A stretch of 64,000 bases of DNA, taken from the NCBI GenBank assembly GCA_965644495.1, contig CBFFSA010000010.1:558001-622000 (forward strand), written 5' to 3'. Under the pieces are notes generated by a model that had not been told where the DNA came from, made no database searches, and saw nothing but the letters and a program-made list of their open reading frames with translations. Within the stretch, counting starts at the first letter, position 1, and each line of letters starts with the position of its first letter. This DNA is from Perkinsela sp. CCAP 1560/9 (taxonomy: Eukaryota > Protista > Euglenozoa: Kinetoplastea). Both the position numbers and the translations under genes were made by a program. Shown here in pieces: positions 1-9,376 of this stretch.

Positions 1-290
1 GGAGCTGTGTTTCAGTCTCTGGCTTCAGAATTTCTTTCACAATTCGGTCCATTATTGACCAAACATTCTCGATCGGATTGAGGTCAGGAGAGAGTGCTGG
101 CGACTCCAATCGAGTAATTCCTTTTTCTAAAAGGACACGCTTCGTTTTGTTATGCGTGGCCGCATTGTCCATTTGCACAATCGCTTGTTCTCTATTTTCA
201 ACTAAATATTCAAGAATACCCCTTTTTGAAAAACACTCAACGAGAATCGCTTCACCCTTCACGGAACTTGCATCCCTAATTTTTTTACCT
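1..290 (-). mobile_element. Tc1/IS630-family transposase fragment (DDE C-terminal half), runs off window start
   Basis: Minus-strand translation IVQMDNAATHNKTKRVLLEKGITRLESPALSPDLNPIENVWSIMDR contains the DNAxxH and SPDLNPIENxW Tc1 motifs; not in the ORF track. Confidence 0.85.
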
Positions 291-488
291 TGCGATTGGG
301 ATGAAAACAAATGCAAAAAAGGGCCGTGTTTGGACTCATGCTGCGCGCCTCCCGTTGAAAACTACCCGCGTTTAACGAAGCCACTAAAAAAGAAAAATTG
401 CGAAAAGACCATGAAAAATCTATTTGTTGGGTGAATTTGGGCCGTTTTTGATGCTCTACCAGTAGGGGTAACAGGCGAATCTGTTAGT

Positions 489-555
489 CGGGGAACGAAA
501 GGATGAACTAAGGAAAAATTACCAACAAGTCACAGAAACTGTATCTTTTGAGTAG
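489..555 (-). ncRNA. Spliced-leader-like exon plus GT donor; 5' end of repeat family C
   Basis: Minus strand AAAAGATACAGTTTCTGTGACTTGTTG|GTAATTTTTCCTTAG resembles the kinetoplastid SL 3' half (GATACAGTTTCTGTACTATATTG|GTA); near-identical to 32330-32390. Confidence 0.6.
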
Positions 556-870
556 TAAAAACAGAGCGGTAATCGCGTACTGTTTTAACCGCGACACCAT
601 TGCAACCTTGCAATGAGGATCATGGGCTGCGTACCGTCACCCCCCCTCACTTGTCCTCCTAGGTGACATATCCTCTTTTTACATTCGATGAGAGGATATG
701 TCATCTAGTACCAAGATACGAAAGCGGGGACAAGTCAGGGGCAATGACGATACAAAGATATCACTGATATCACTTGTTGTTTGGTGAGAGTGCAGAGATT
801 TGCCTCACATTTTCCTTACCCACATACGACGGGTGGATCACGTGAGGATTTGCCCTCGCTGGAGGAGAAT

Positions 871-1039
871 GGGTGCAGAGAGCTGACGTCCCAGGTGCAG
901 AGAGATCGGTTGTCATGTGCAGGTGCGGACAGTCGGATGGGTAATCCCCATATTACAGTTTCGGGGGCAACTCGGGTGCAGAGAGCTGCGAGAGAGCCGA
1001 GGTGCGGAGAGCTGGGTGACCGTCAGGTGCGGAGAGCCG
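871..1039 (+). repeat. Six spaced copies of RGGTGCRGAGAGCYG
   Basis: Copies start at 871, 893, 921, 974, 1000 and 1025 (two are degenerate). Confidence 0.7.
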
Positions 1040-1287
1040 TAAACGCAGGCAGCGAGGGACACGCCTAGTGGCCCTTAACGGAGGCCACCGTGACACCCAG
1101 CCCTCTCGGAGAGGCAAGGGTCGCGAGGAAAGAAGCCGAGAGGGGGAAGCACTCACTCCAGGGGAGCGAGCCGGGGAGGGGTGAAGGGATGAAGGCGCGC
1201 CCCCTGCTTTAGCGATAAAGGGGGACAGTTCCAGCCTTAGCGCCGGCCGGCAACGGGCATGAAAACACAGTAAGAGTATGCCCGTTG
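1035..1287 (-). repeat. Divergent member of repeat family C, split by SINE insertion (remainder at 2092-2117)
   Basis: Shares CACGCC..GTGG.CCT.AA.GGAGG and TAGCGCC.GCCGG.AACGG.CAT...TAAGAGTATGCC with 25500-25880 and 32000-32390; removing the SINEs restores a perfect 14-bp hairpin CCGGCAACGGGCAT/ATGCCCGTTGCCGG. Confidence 0.7.
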
Positions 1288-1311
1288 TACACAGTAAGAG
1301 TATGCTCCAAG

Positions 1312-1688
1312 TGGAGGTGGCGGAGTGGCAAGAATTCAAAGTTTGAAGCACGTGGTGCTCAGACGGCGAGTTCAAACCCGCTCATCGCATTATTCCTGGC
1401 AGCCTCACTCTAAGAGACTGGGCTGAGAACCGACTAGGCCCAGTACTCGGAGGACCGTCCCGGACCCTCCCCTCAGGGAACCAGCTCCCTTACCCGGCTT
1501 ACACTTCTTGGGTGGGCCGTGTCGACGTACAATTCGTCGACGCAGCGTGTTGATAACAGCATGTTTTTGCCGCCTTGGACAAGCGGAAACTGGTAGAAGA
1601 CGTCGGCCTCGGAACTTCCAAATCTGTCTGTGAAGGGTCTGGCTTGCCAGTGACCATCCGGAGCAATCCGGAATGATTTGGATTTTTT
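1312..1688 (+). mobile_element. SINE family A (tRNA-Ser/Leu-like head, T tail), copy 1
   Basis: A box TGGCGGAGTGG, B box GAGTTCAAACCC, 3' hairpin TCCGGA-GCAA-TCCGGA, T tail; tandem with copy 2 inside 14-bp TSD GAGTATGCCCGTTG (1274-1287 / 2092-2105). Confidence 0.85.
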
Positions 1689-1717
1689 GGATTTGGAATT
1701 CTTATGAGTTTCCACGA

Positions 1718-2090
1718 GGAGTGGCAAGAATTCAAAGTTTGAAGCACATGGTGCTCAGACGGCGATTTCAAACCCGCTCATCGCATTATTACTGGCGGCC
1801 TCACTCTAAGAGGCTGGGCTGATAACCGACTAGGCCCAGTACTCGGAGGACCGCCCCGGACCCTCCACTCAGGGAACCAGCTCCCTTACCCGGCTTACAC
1901 CTCTTGGGTAAGCCGTGTTGACGTACAGTTCGTCGACGCAGCGTGTTGGCAACAGCACGTTGGTGCCGCCTTGGACAAGCGGAAACTGGTAGAGGACGTC
2001 GGCCTCGGAACTTCCAAATCTGTCTGTGAAGGGTCTGGCTTGCCAGTGACCATCCGGAGCAATCCGGAATGATTTGGATTTTTTTTTTTT
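1718..2090 (+). mobile_element. SINE family A copy 2
   Basis: Near-identical to copy 1; ends in a T run followed by the TSD. Confidence 0.85.
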
Positions 2091-2563
2091 GGAGTATGCC
2101 CGTTGCCGGGGAACGGGTGTGGCTTGTTCGTTTCTGCAATATCGCGTGGGGCGGGTCTTAGTGGGGCGGGTGTCTTAATTTTTGTCCCAAAATGAGCGGA
2201 ACGGGGTTGTATGCTAAACCGGACCTCATTCTTTTTTTTCAGCAGGCCGAGAGTAACTAACAGAAAAAATATTCACTCGAAGTCTAGGTGACTTGTCCTC
2301 CTAGGTGACATATCCGCTTTTGGCCTCTTTTTTCTACTTTTGCGAGGATATGTGAGGGGGGGGTGACGGTACCTTTAACGGTACGCCCCCTCAACATTAC
2401 AATGTTGAGAGGCCCATGTGATTCCGAAGCCAAGAGCGGAGCAAACTAGTTGCTCTATCTATCTATCTCATTTCGTTGAATGTTCCCTATCCCATTGGCA
2501 TTTATGTTTTGGAAGCCGAAAAGGGAAGGAAGGCGGGGGGATATCATGCGCTGGCTTGCCTGG

Positions 2564-3320
2564 TTGGAGGTGGCGGAGTGGCAAGAATTCAAAGTTTGAA
2601 GCACATGGTGCTCAGACAGCGAGTTCAAACCCGCTCATCGCATTATTACCGGCGGCCTCACTCTAAGAGGCTGGGCTGATAACCGACTAGGCCCAGTACT
2701 CGGAGGACCATCCCGGACCCTCCCCTCAGGGAACCAGCTCCCTCACCCGGCTTACACCTCTTGGGTAAGCCGTGTTGACGTACAATTCGTCGACGCAGCG
2801 TGTTGGCAACAGCATGTTTTTGCCGCCTTGGACAAGCGGAAACTGGTAGAGGACGTCGGCCTCGGAACTTCCAAATCTGTCTTACCCCCGAGGCCCTCAA
2901 CATGCAGACACCCACCCCCTACCCACTATACGCCTCCTGTGGGGATCCCGAGCCAAAACTCCCATACTGGGGGTCAGCCCAAAAAGGGCCAAAACTCTCT
3001 TACTGGGGGGGTACTCTCTCTTACTGGGAGGTTATACGGTAATAGGCTGGGCTGATAACCGACTAGGCCCAGTACTCGGAGGACCGTCCCGGACCCTCCC
3101 CTCCGGGAACAAGCTCCCTTACCCGTCTTACACTTCTTGGGTGGGCCGTGTTGACGTACAATTCGTCGACGCAACGTGTTGGTAACAGCATGTTTTTGCC
3201 GCCTTGGACAAGCGGAAACTGGTAGAGGACGTCGGCCTCGGAACTTCCAAATCTGTCTGTGAAGGGTCTGGCTTGCCAGTGATCATCCGGAGCAATCCGG
3301 AATGATTTGGATTTTTTTTT
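2564..3320 (+). mobile_element. Chimeric SINE A (2564-2881) + partial MITE (2882-3039) + SINE A 3' part (3043-3320)
   Basis: TSD TTGCCTGG (2556-2563 / 3319-3326); the MITE-SINE junction matches 60061-60235 in reverse. Confidence 0.8.
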
Positions 3321-3375
3321 GCCTGGCACTGCAAATGGGTCCTGTTATCAAGGTGATTACGAAGTTCGTGATAAT

Positions 3376-3490
3376 GAGGAAGTTGCGACCCCCTGTTCAG
3401 TAGAACCTGCGCAGGTTTACAGCAACTACCCATTATCTCGGCGTAGTAAACACGCCTTGGCTTGCCTGGCGCTACGGTCAGCTGGAAAAA
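3376..3490 (+). repeat. Short A-tailed repeat family B
   Basis: CATTATCTCGGCGTAGTAAACACGCCTTGGCTTGCCTGGC shared with 22044-22157, 24219-24334 and 42107-42176. Confidence 0.75.
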
Positions 3491-4651
3491 TATTTTTCAA
3501 AAAGAAAAAGGAAATTGATTTCCCGACTACTATTTTGTTTCTGCTATGACTGTAGGCTGTTACTTATAGCTGAACACGCTTGCATCCATTTGAGATGATC
3601 ATAGTACTATTACCAAAATTTGATTCACCAACTTATGCCTGGCATTATAGTGCCATCATAGTGGCCCCAGGTGCATCAAGTCTTGCAATTGAAAACAATC
3701 CAAACTCTCCAACTGAAAGTGAGAACTGTTCTACTACGACTGAGCTCAAGATTTGTATTCGGTTCGGAAGTCCTATAGGGTGCAAAAGTTTGTTGACCTA
3801 AATGGTGGGGATATCAGAGGATGATTGTGCGGCAGCCGTGCTAGAGTTTGTTGCCACATCGGGAAAAGATATAACTGCAGCTGGTCGCGTAACGTTAACA
3901 AACCGGCTTCTGGGTATTCGTCTAAGTCGAGACGTCTCCTAATTAGAGGCGATGATGGGTACTGAAGAGAAGCGATTAGCTCTCGCTCTTATCTTATCTT
4001 TTTAGATAAAGAAAGAAGATACTCGGGAATGGGAAAAAGAAAGCGGTCAACTTACCACGTGGTCAGGGACGGGGAGCCGACCTCATCCTATCCTGTCCTA
4101 TAAGACCGATTTGCATCGGTTAAGAACACATCCGTTTTATTCGTCGCTTCGACGTCTTTCTCTCAGGTGAATTCGCCCTTTCATGCTCCTTGTCCGCTGA
4201 ACCGGGCGTGGTACGTCTTTCATGCAACTTTGTATTTTTGGCATCACATTCCTCAGGCAAACACTCTTTATTTTCAGGAGAATCCACTCCAGTCTCTACA
4301 GGTGGCGAGGTGCCCTTTTTGGAGAGAGGATCACCTTCTGCAATCTTGAAGTAATCCCGTCTTTTCCCTAATGGCTTAGGTATTTGGCCACAGTGTTTCC
4401 GAGGACGATTCATGGTTTGAACGGTTTCTGAGCTAACCCTTTGAGCTTCTGAGGCACTTGTCGCAGTCTTTCTCCTCTTTATTTCTGAGGCTGGGACTAT
4501 TTTTCTCGACCCTGCAAGCGCCAAGGTGTCTGCCTTCTCATTGTAAATGTTCCCGTTGTGGGATTTCACTTTGTACACGTAACACCTTTTATCCATCGAT
4601 TGGAGCGTTCGAATTTCCCGATCCAATTTCTCAAGGATACCCCCATTCGGT

Positions 4652-4750
4652 AGAAGAAGAAGAAGAAGAAGAAGAAGAAGAAGAAGAAGAAGAAGAAGAA
4701 GAAGAAGAAGAAGAAGAAGAAGAAGAAGAAGAAGAAGAAGAAGAAGAAGA
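4652..4750. repeat. (AAG)n microsatellite forming the SINE V tail
   Basis: About 33 perfect units. Confidence 0.97.
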
Positions 4751-5171
4751 CACGGAGGGCTCTGCAGCGCCAACCGTTAGGGTAGAGTCTCAGGCCACCG
4801 ACCTTCATCGTGTTGCTACCCCCTTCCCAGACGGTACTCGACGCCTTGCGGCCCGAGCACGGCTACCCAACCGTAGCTACTAGGACGGGCGTCCACCCCG
4901 TTGCATCGTGTAGGCTGTGTCTCAAGCCTCCTTTGCGTAAGCAGCTCGCAATTTAGCGGCTACGCTGGAGCCTGGTTCAGCTCAGCGGTTCCGGGTCGGT
5001 CCTCCAGGGGAGCGGGGTTGGGTGTGGGCCTTGAAGGCACTCCTGATCGCTTTCCCTTTGCAGTGAGGCCGCCAGGTTGCGAGTTTTGTCGATAGCGGGA
5101 ATCGAACCCACAACCTGCAGGTTGTAAGGCCCACAACTACGCCCGTCTAACAACTACGCCCGCACCGCGGG
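4655..5171 (-). mobile_element. SINE family V (tRNA-Val(TAC)-like head, (CTT)n tail)
   Basis: Head has CTTACAA anticodon loop and GTGGG-TTCGATT-CCCGC T arm; 11-bp TSD CATTCGGTAGA (4644-4654 / 5172-5182). Confidence 0.88.
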
Positions 5172-5956
5172 CATTCGGTAGATTGTTATACCCAATGATT
5201 CGCCGCCGTAGACGAGTATGATGGAAGAAATTCCATACATAGAACGAATCGGTGTGTATAACAACTGTTTGAGCCTCATTAGGTATCCTTTCCAGCGCTT
5301 CCCTCAGCGATTCAACCTCAGCTCTCTCAGTTGAGCCAGCATCCAATGCTATGGAATAGTATTTGTCTTCTGTTCCACTCATTCTCAGAACTATTCCCGC
5401 ACCGGATCTTTGTTCCTTGGACCCCCGCAACTGCCGAACAGAGCCATCAATATACATATGAACCTCACCCTCACTCATGGGGAACGGATCCGAGCCTTCC
5501 TCCACAAATTGTAGCTCATAAGAGCTTTTGCTTTTGACCGCTTGAGTGTGTTTAGTTTTCCACCTTGGATACCTTAATACCTCATACATCGGAAGTGGTT
5601 CAAGTTTCTGTCTGAGCTCATCGCATAGCTTTTGCCAGTGTAGCCGATCCTGCGAGTAAACAAGCTCCTGCTCCAGAGTAATCCCTAGATCATTAAAACT
5701 TGCTTCGCTAGGAGAAATATTTTTTTTTTTTTTTTGAGGAGAAATATTTCTTGTTTTTTCCGTGCTATTCCATTGAACGAGCTCGCGAAACGTAGAGGAG
5801 TGCCTGAGCATGTGACCAACGATTTTCGCACGGGCAAGATGCACGGTCGAAAATCGAGGCGTACCACAATACAAGGACTCTAATGGGTAGCAATGTCCGA
5901 AATCGTCAAGCTTTGCTGAGTTACAAGCGAATCTCCTCATCATATTTACCTCAACC

Positions 5957-6156
5957 NNNNNNNNNNNNNNNNNNNNNNNNNNNNNNNNNNNNNNNNNNNN
6001 NNNNNNNNNNNNNNNNNNNNNNNNNNNNNNNNNNNNNNNNNNNNNNNNNNNNNNNNNNNNNNNNNNNNNNNNNNNNNNNNNNNNNNNNNNNNNNNNNNNN
6101 NNNNNNNNNNNNNNNNNNNNNNNNNNNNNNNNNNNNNNNNNNNNNNNNNNNNNNNN
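5957..6156. other. Assembly gap
   Basis: 200 N; ORFs 5137-6300 and 5951-8671 are artefactually fused across it. Confidence 0.99.
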
Positions 6157-8671
6157 GGGGGGGATTTCGTTCCTTTGGGACATGTTGAGGATTTCGTTCC
6201 TTTCGCTCATTTTGTGCATTTTGCAGATTTCGTTCATTTCGCTCATTTCGTGCATTTCGTGCATTTTGTGCCTTTTGCGGATTTTGGGCATTTTGTGCAT
6301 TTTGTGCCTTTTGCGGATTTTGAAGATTTTGCTGTGCTTCTTTGGCTTTCGTTTTGGGTTTCGTTTTGGCTTTAGATTGGGTTTTGGTTTTAGATTGCGA
6401 TGCCTCTGAGGTGGGTGGGGTTAGGGAAGGGGAAGGGGAAGGGGAAGAAGCTGCGGATGAACGGGAAGAGGGTGATGCGGAGGCGTGGGTTGTGCTTACC
6501 CTTCGAGGATAGGTCGTGAGGGTACAGATGGGGGAGGGGGTTTCCGAGGGCGGGGGGTCGTATTGGGGATGAGGTTGGGAGAGGTAGGCAGGCCATGGGG
6601 GGGTACCGGGGGCGGAGAGGGTGGCACTGGCATTCATCATTTCTTTTGTGGTTCCGGTGGGGGGGGGTTGATGGCCTCGTCGTCGCTGTTGTTGTTCATA
6701 GATGGCACGTCGGTAGGACCCGCTGAGGTCGAGGGCATAGGAGAGATGCACCCAGAGCACGACTAGACCGGTAGGGGCGTCGGAGGGGTTTTTTCCCATG
6801 GCGTACTCGCTGGAGCTTCGTCGACGGTAGGTCGTGGGGGAATGGCCGTTGTCGGTGGTGTGCTGCGCAGTACCGCTATGGGCGTGATGTTGTGGCATCC
6901 CGGCTTCCTCCCCCTTCTCCCAGTGATGGGTAATATCCTCACTTGGTGTATTCAACGGCGAACGCTGGAGTGTCCACCCGCGACGTGTGGCGAAACGGGA
7001 CGTTAGCGCGGCTTCGTTGGGGTTGATGCGCGCAACCGTGAGGGAGTACAATGAGGCAATCTGTTCCTGTGGAATGAGCTGGGCATGGGTGAGAATGTAC
7101 TCCTCTTTGCCCGGGACGGGGCTACTTCCTGCCCCCGAAGGTCCATAGAAACTGGTCGATCCTGTGGTTTTTGAAGGCCTTCCACTCTCGGAAGGATGTC
7201 GCCGACTTCCTGTAGGCGTAGTTCGCGATGAGGAGAAACTCCCATGTTGGCGTTCTCCCTTTGGGGGATGCGCTCGTCGTTCGACACTTCGCGAGCGCCC
7301 GGATTTGATGGAATTCGGATTCTTATGGGGAGTGCTTGGGGGGAGACTCGTTCGCGCCCGGATTTGCGCACGAACCAGCCATCGTCCCACAGGCGTCTCT
7401 TCTCGTTTGGCGTGATTGGGAGCGAAAATCGGAATCTCCAGCCGATGAGTCGGGGGCAATGGTTCTTGTGGCATAGAGGCAAAGGAGAGCGTATTGTTCT
7501 TGGGAGAAAACTGTCCAAAAGAGGGAAACGACGAAGCCCCATGCATCGGATGGGGTGCCGAATGTGCCGCGCTCGGCCGGCCAAACGCATTTTGCCCGCC
7601 TTGTAACAATACCATTCGTGGATCATTAGGGGAGGACAGTGTCGCGCCAGCGGAGCCTGTCGGGTTAATCAAGTGTGCTTTTTCCGCTGCGTTCTGCACC
7701 CCCATCTCCTCTAAATCCAACGCCTCCCGTACCCATCGCAGCACCGGATCCTCCCATGACGCTAGGGGGTGAATATAACTTCGTGAGACCTCGGGACGCA
7801 AAGGGTTTGTTTTTTTCGGGGGTGGCGCTGACAGATTGGGCTCGCTGTTTTCCTTTTCGTAATGTTCAACCGTAAAGGTTCGTAAAAACGCGTTTAACCC
7901 ACTAACGTCCCGCCGGAGTAGCTGCACTAATTGTGTAGCTAGACTCGAGGGGAGGCCAGAGGGGTGAGGACTGTCTTGGGGTAATGCCAATGGAGTAGGG
8001 GTCGAGCCAAGACTGCGGGCATTCATTCGAGGTGCTTGGGTGGCTTGCGCCAATAAGGTAGGCGAAACGTGTACATTTGCGGAAGATCCCGAAGCGCGAG
8101 AACGGGGATCATTTGGTGAATTGGTTCCACTTCCTTTTCCCTCAAGGGGGGCGCTGGAAATCGGATTTGCTGTCACAGTCTTTGGGCTTGGATTGGAATT
8201 TAGGGATGTTTGTCGTGAGGGACTGCTGTGAATTTCTTGTCGCAGCGCTTTGGCTTTCGCAAGAGCCGATTCAGTAGGGGAATTGGTAAGGGATCGTTCA
8301 GCCGCAGCGGCTCGTCGAGCCCCGGCTCGTATGGACGAAGCAGATTGTGCGCTTTCGCGTCCCGCAGGAGGGCTACGTGCTTTGGAGTATCCTGAGGCGC
8401 CTGAGGAAGACACGCTCCGGGTTTGAAAGCTCTTGTCGTCCTCAAGGTTGTCAGAAGGAAATTTCGGTCTACGTCGAATCGGATCGCTGGTTGTAATGGC
8501 CCAAGGAGGAACCCACGAAACGGGTGATAGTTCGTACTTAGAAATCTTTTCGCAGGATGAACCTCCGATCGAATGAATCGAAAAGACGGCAAAGCATATC
8601 GCAAGATGAGAGAGGACAGGAATACGAGTGCGGCGCATAGGAGTATTCTCTCGAGATATTGTCTTCCGCAT
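6157..8671 (-). CDS. Ser/Pro-rich low-complexity protein with N-terminal hydrophobic segment; 3' end lost in gap
   Basis: Over 830 open codons; LSHLAICFAVFSI segment; QNA/RNE tandem repeats near the gap. Confidence 0.7.
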
Positions 8672-9376
8672 GTTTACAGCAGAGCACTGCAGAGTTGCCG
8701 TGTCAAGGAGTGCACAGAAAACAATGAGACAACGAGAAATAACAAAGGTAAGAGTAAACGAAGCGTTTCTAGGCTTTTCAATGGCAAAAAAGTGGATCGA
8801 CCATACACAAAGGGAAGTTCGGTTTTCGTAACCAATTGTTAGTTTTCACGTATTGTAGTCTATAACGTTTGCCAAAAGCCAACGTACTTGTACTACTATA
8901 TAATGTACTAAGGAAGGTGCAATTGAGGCAAAGTCATACACGAATATACTGGTATCACGTTGGAAAAACTACTTCACAAATTGCTGGGAAAATCTCCCGT
9001 CTACAAACGCATGGGAAAAATTTTCCAAAAGATATATATAAATATGAAGAACATAGCATATGAAAGTGTTACAACACAAATAAAAAAAATCTCAAACAAA
9101 AGCGTACAACGCATTTTAAGGGCTAGGCTATCTGAACTTGATAACGTATCATTAGACTTCTTTCAAATAATTACTAAAATGTCAAACAAAAATACAACTC
9201 AATCAATTCCGCGGCTTATTACGGTAGTTTTTCATAACAACGTATTGATTCTTCCTTATTTGAGAGCTAGGTTAGGCTACTATCGATCAGTGCTGCTTTC
9301 TTCAAAGTTTTTTGAGCTTGAAAAGAAGCTGCTTACGCCAAGCACGAGTGATACGGCCAACTAACGTTTTGGACAT

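Larger units (their letters stand above)
634..2369. mobile_element. Non-autonomous pogo/Tc1-type TIR element with nested cargo
   Basis: TA|CCGTCACCCCCCCTCAC ... GTGAGGGGGGGGTGACGG|TA; subterminal repeat ACTTGTCCTCCTAGGTGACATATCC at both ends. Confidence 0.8.
4120..5956 (-). mobile_element. Non-LTR retrotransposon 3' part (RTE-like post-RT region + RNase H), interrupted by a SINE; RT core not visible (gap)
   Basis: RAKIVGHMLR...SQDRLHW; RNase H motifs MYIDGS, RAEVES, IHTDS, KVKSHNGNIYNEKADTLA; removing the SINE and one TSD restores frame YNNLPNGGILEKL. Confidence 0.85.

Noticed and set aside
871-1039. CRISPR array
   Set aside because: Repeats and spacers are too short and irregular, there are no cas genes, and the context is eukaryotic.
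1312-1390. Functional tRNA, tRNA-Sec or SECIS in the SINE A head
   Set aside because: There is no acceptor or anticodon stem pairing, the ATGA...TGA spacing on the minus strand is too short for a SECIS, and the head is always attached to a SINE body.
1473-3433. Repeated short ORFs (for example YQFPLVQGG) as a gene family
   Set aside because: They are antisense translations of SINE A copies with variable frames and ends.
4120-4883. Poly-Leu, poly-Glu and poly-Phe proteins in the ORF track
   Set aside because: These are translations of the (AAG)n SINE tail.
5085-5165. tRNA-Val gene
   Set aside because: The D arm and acceptor stem are disrupted, and it lies within a TSD-bounded insertion.
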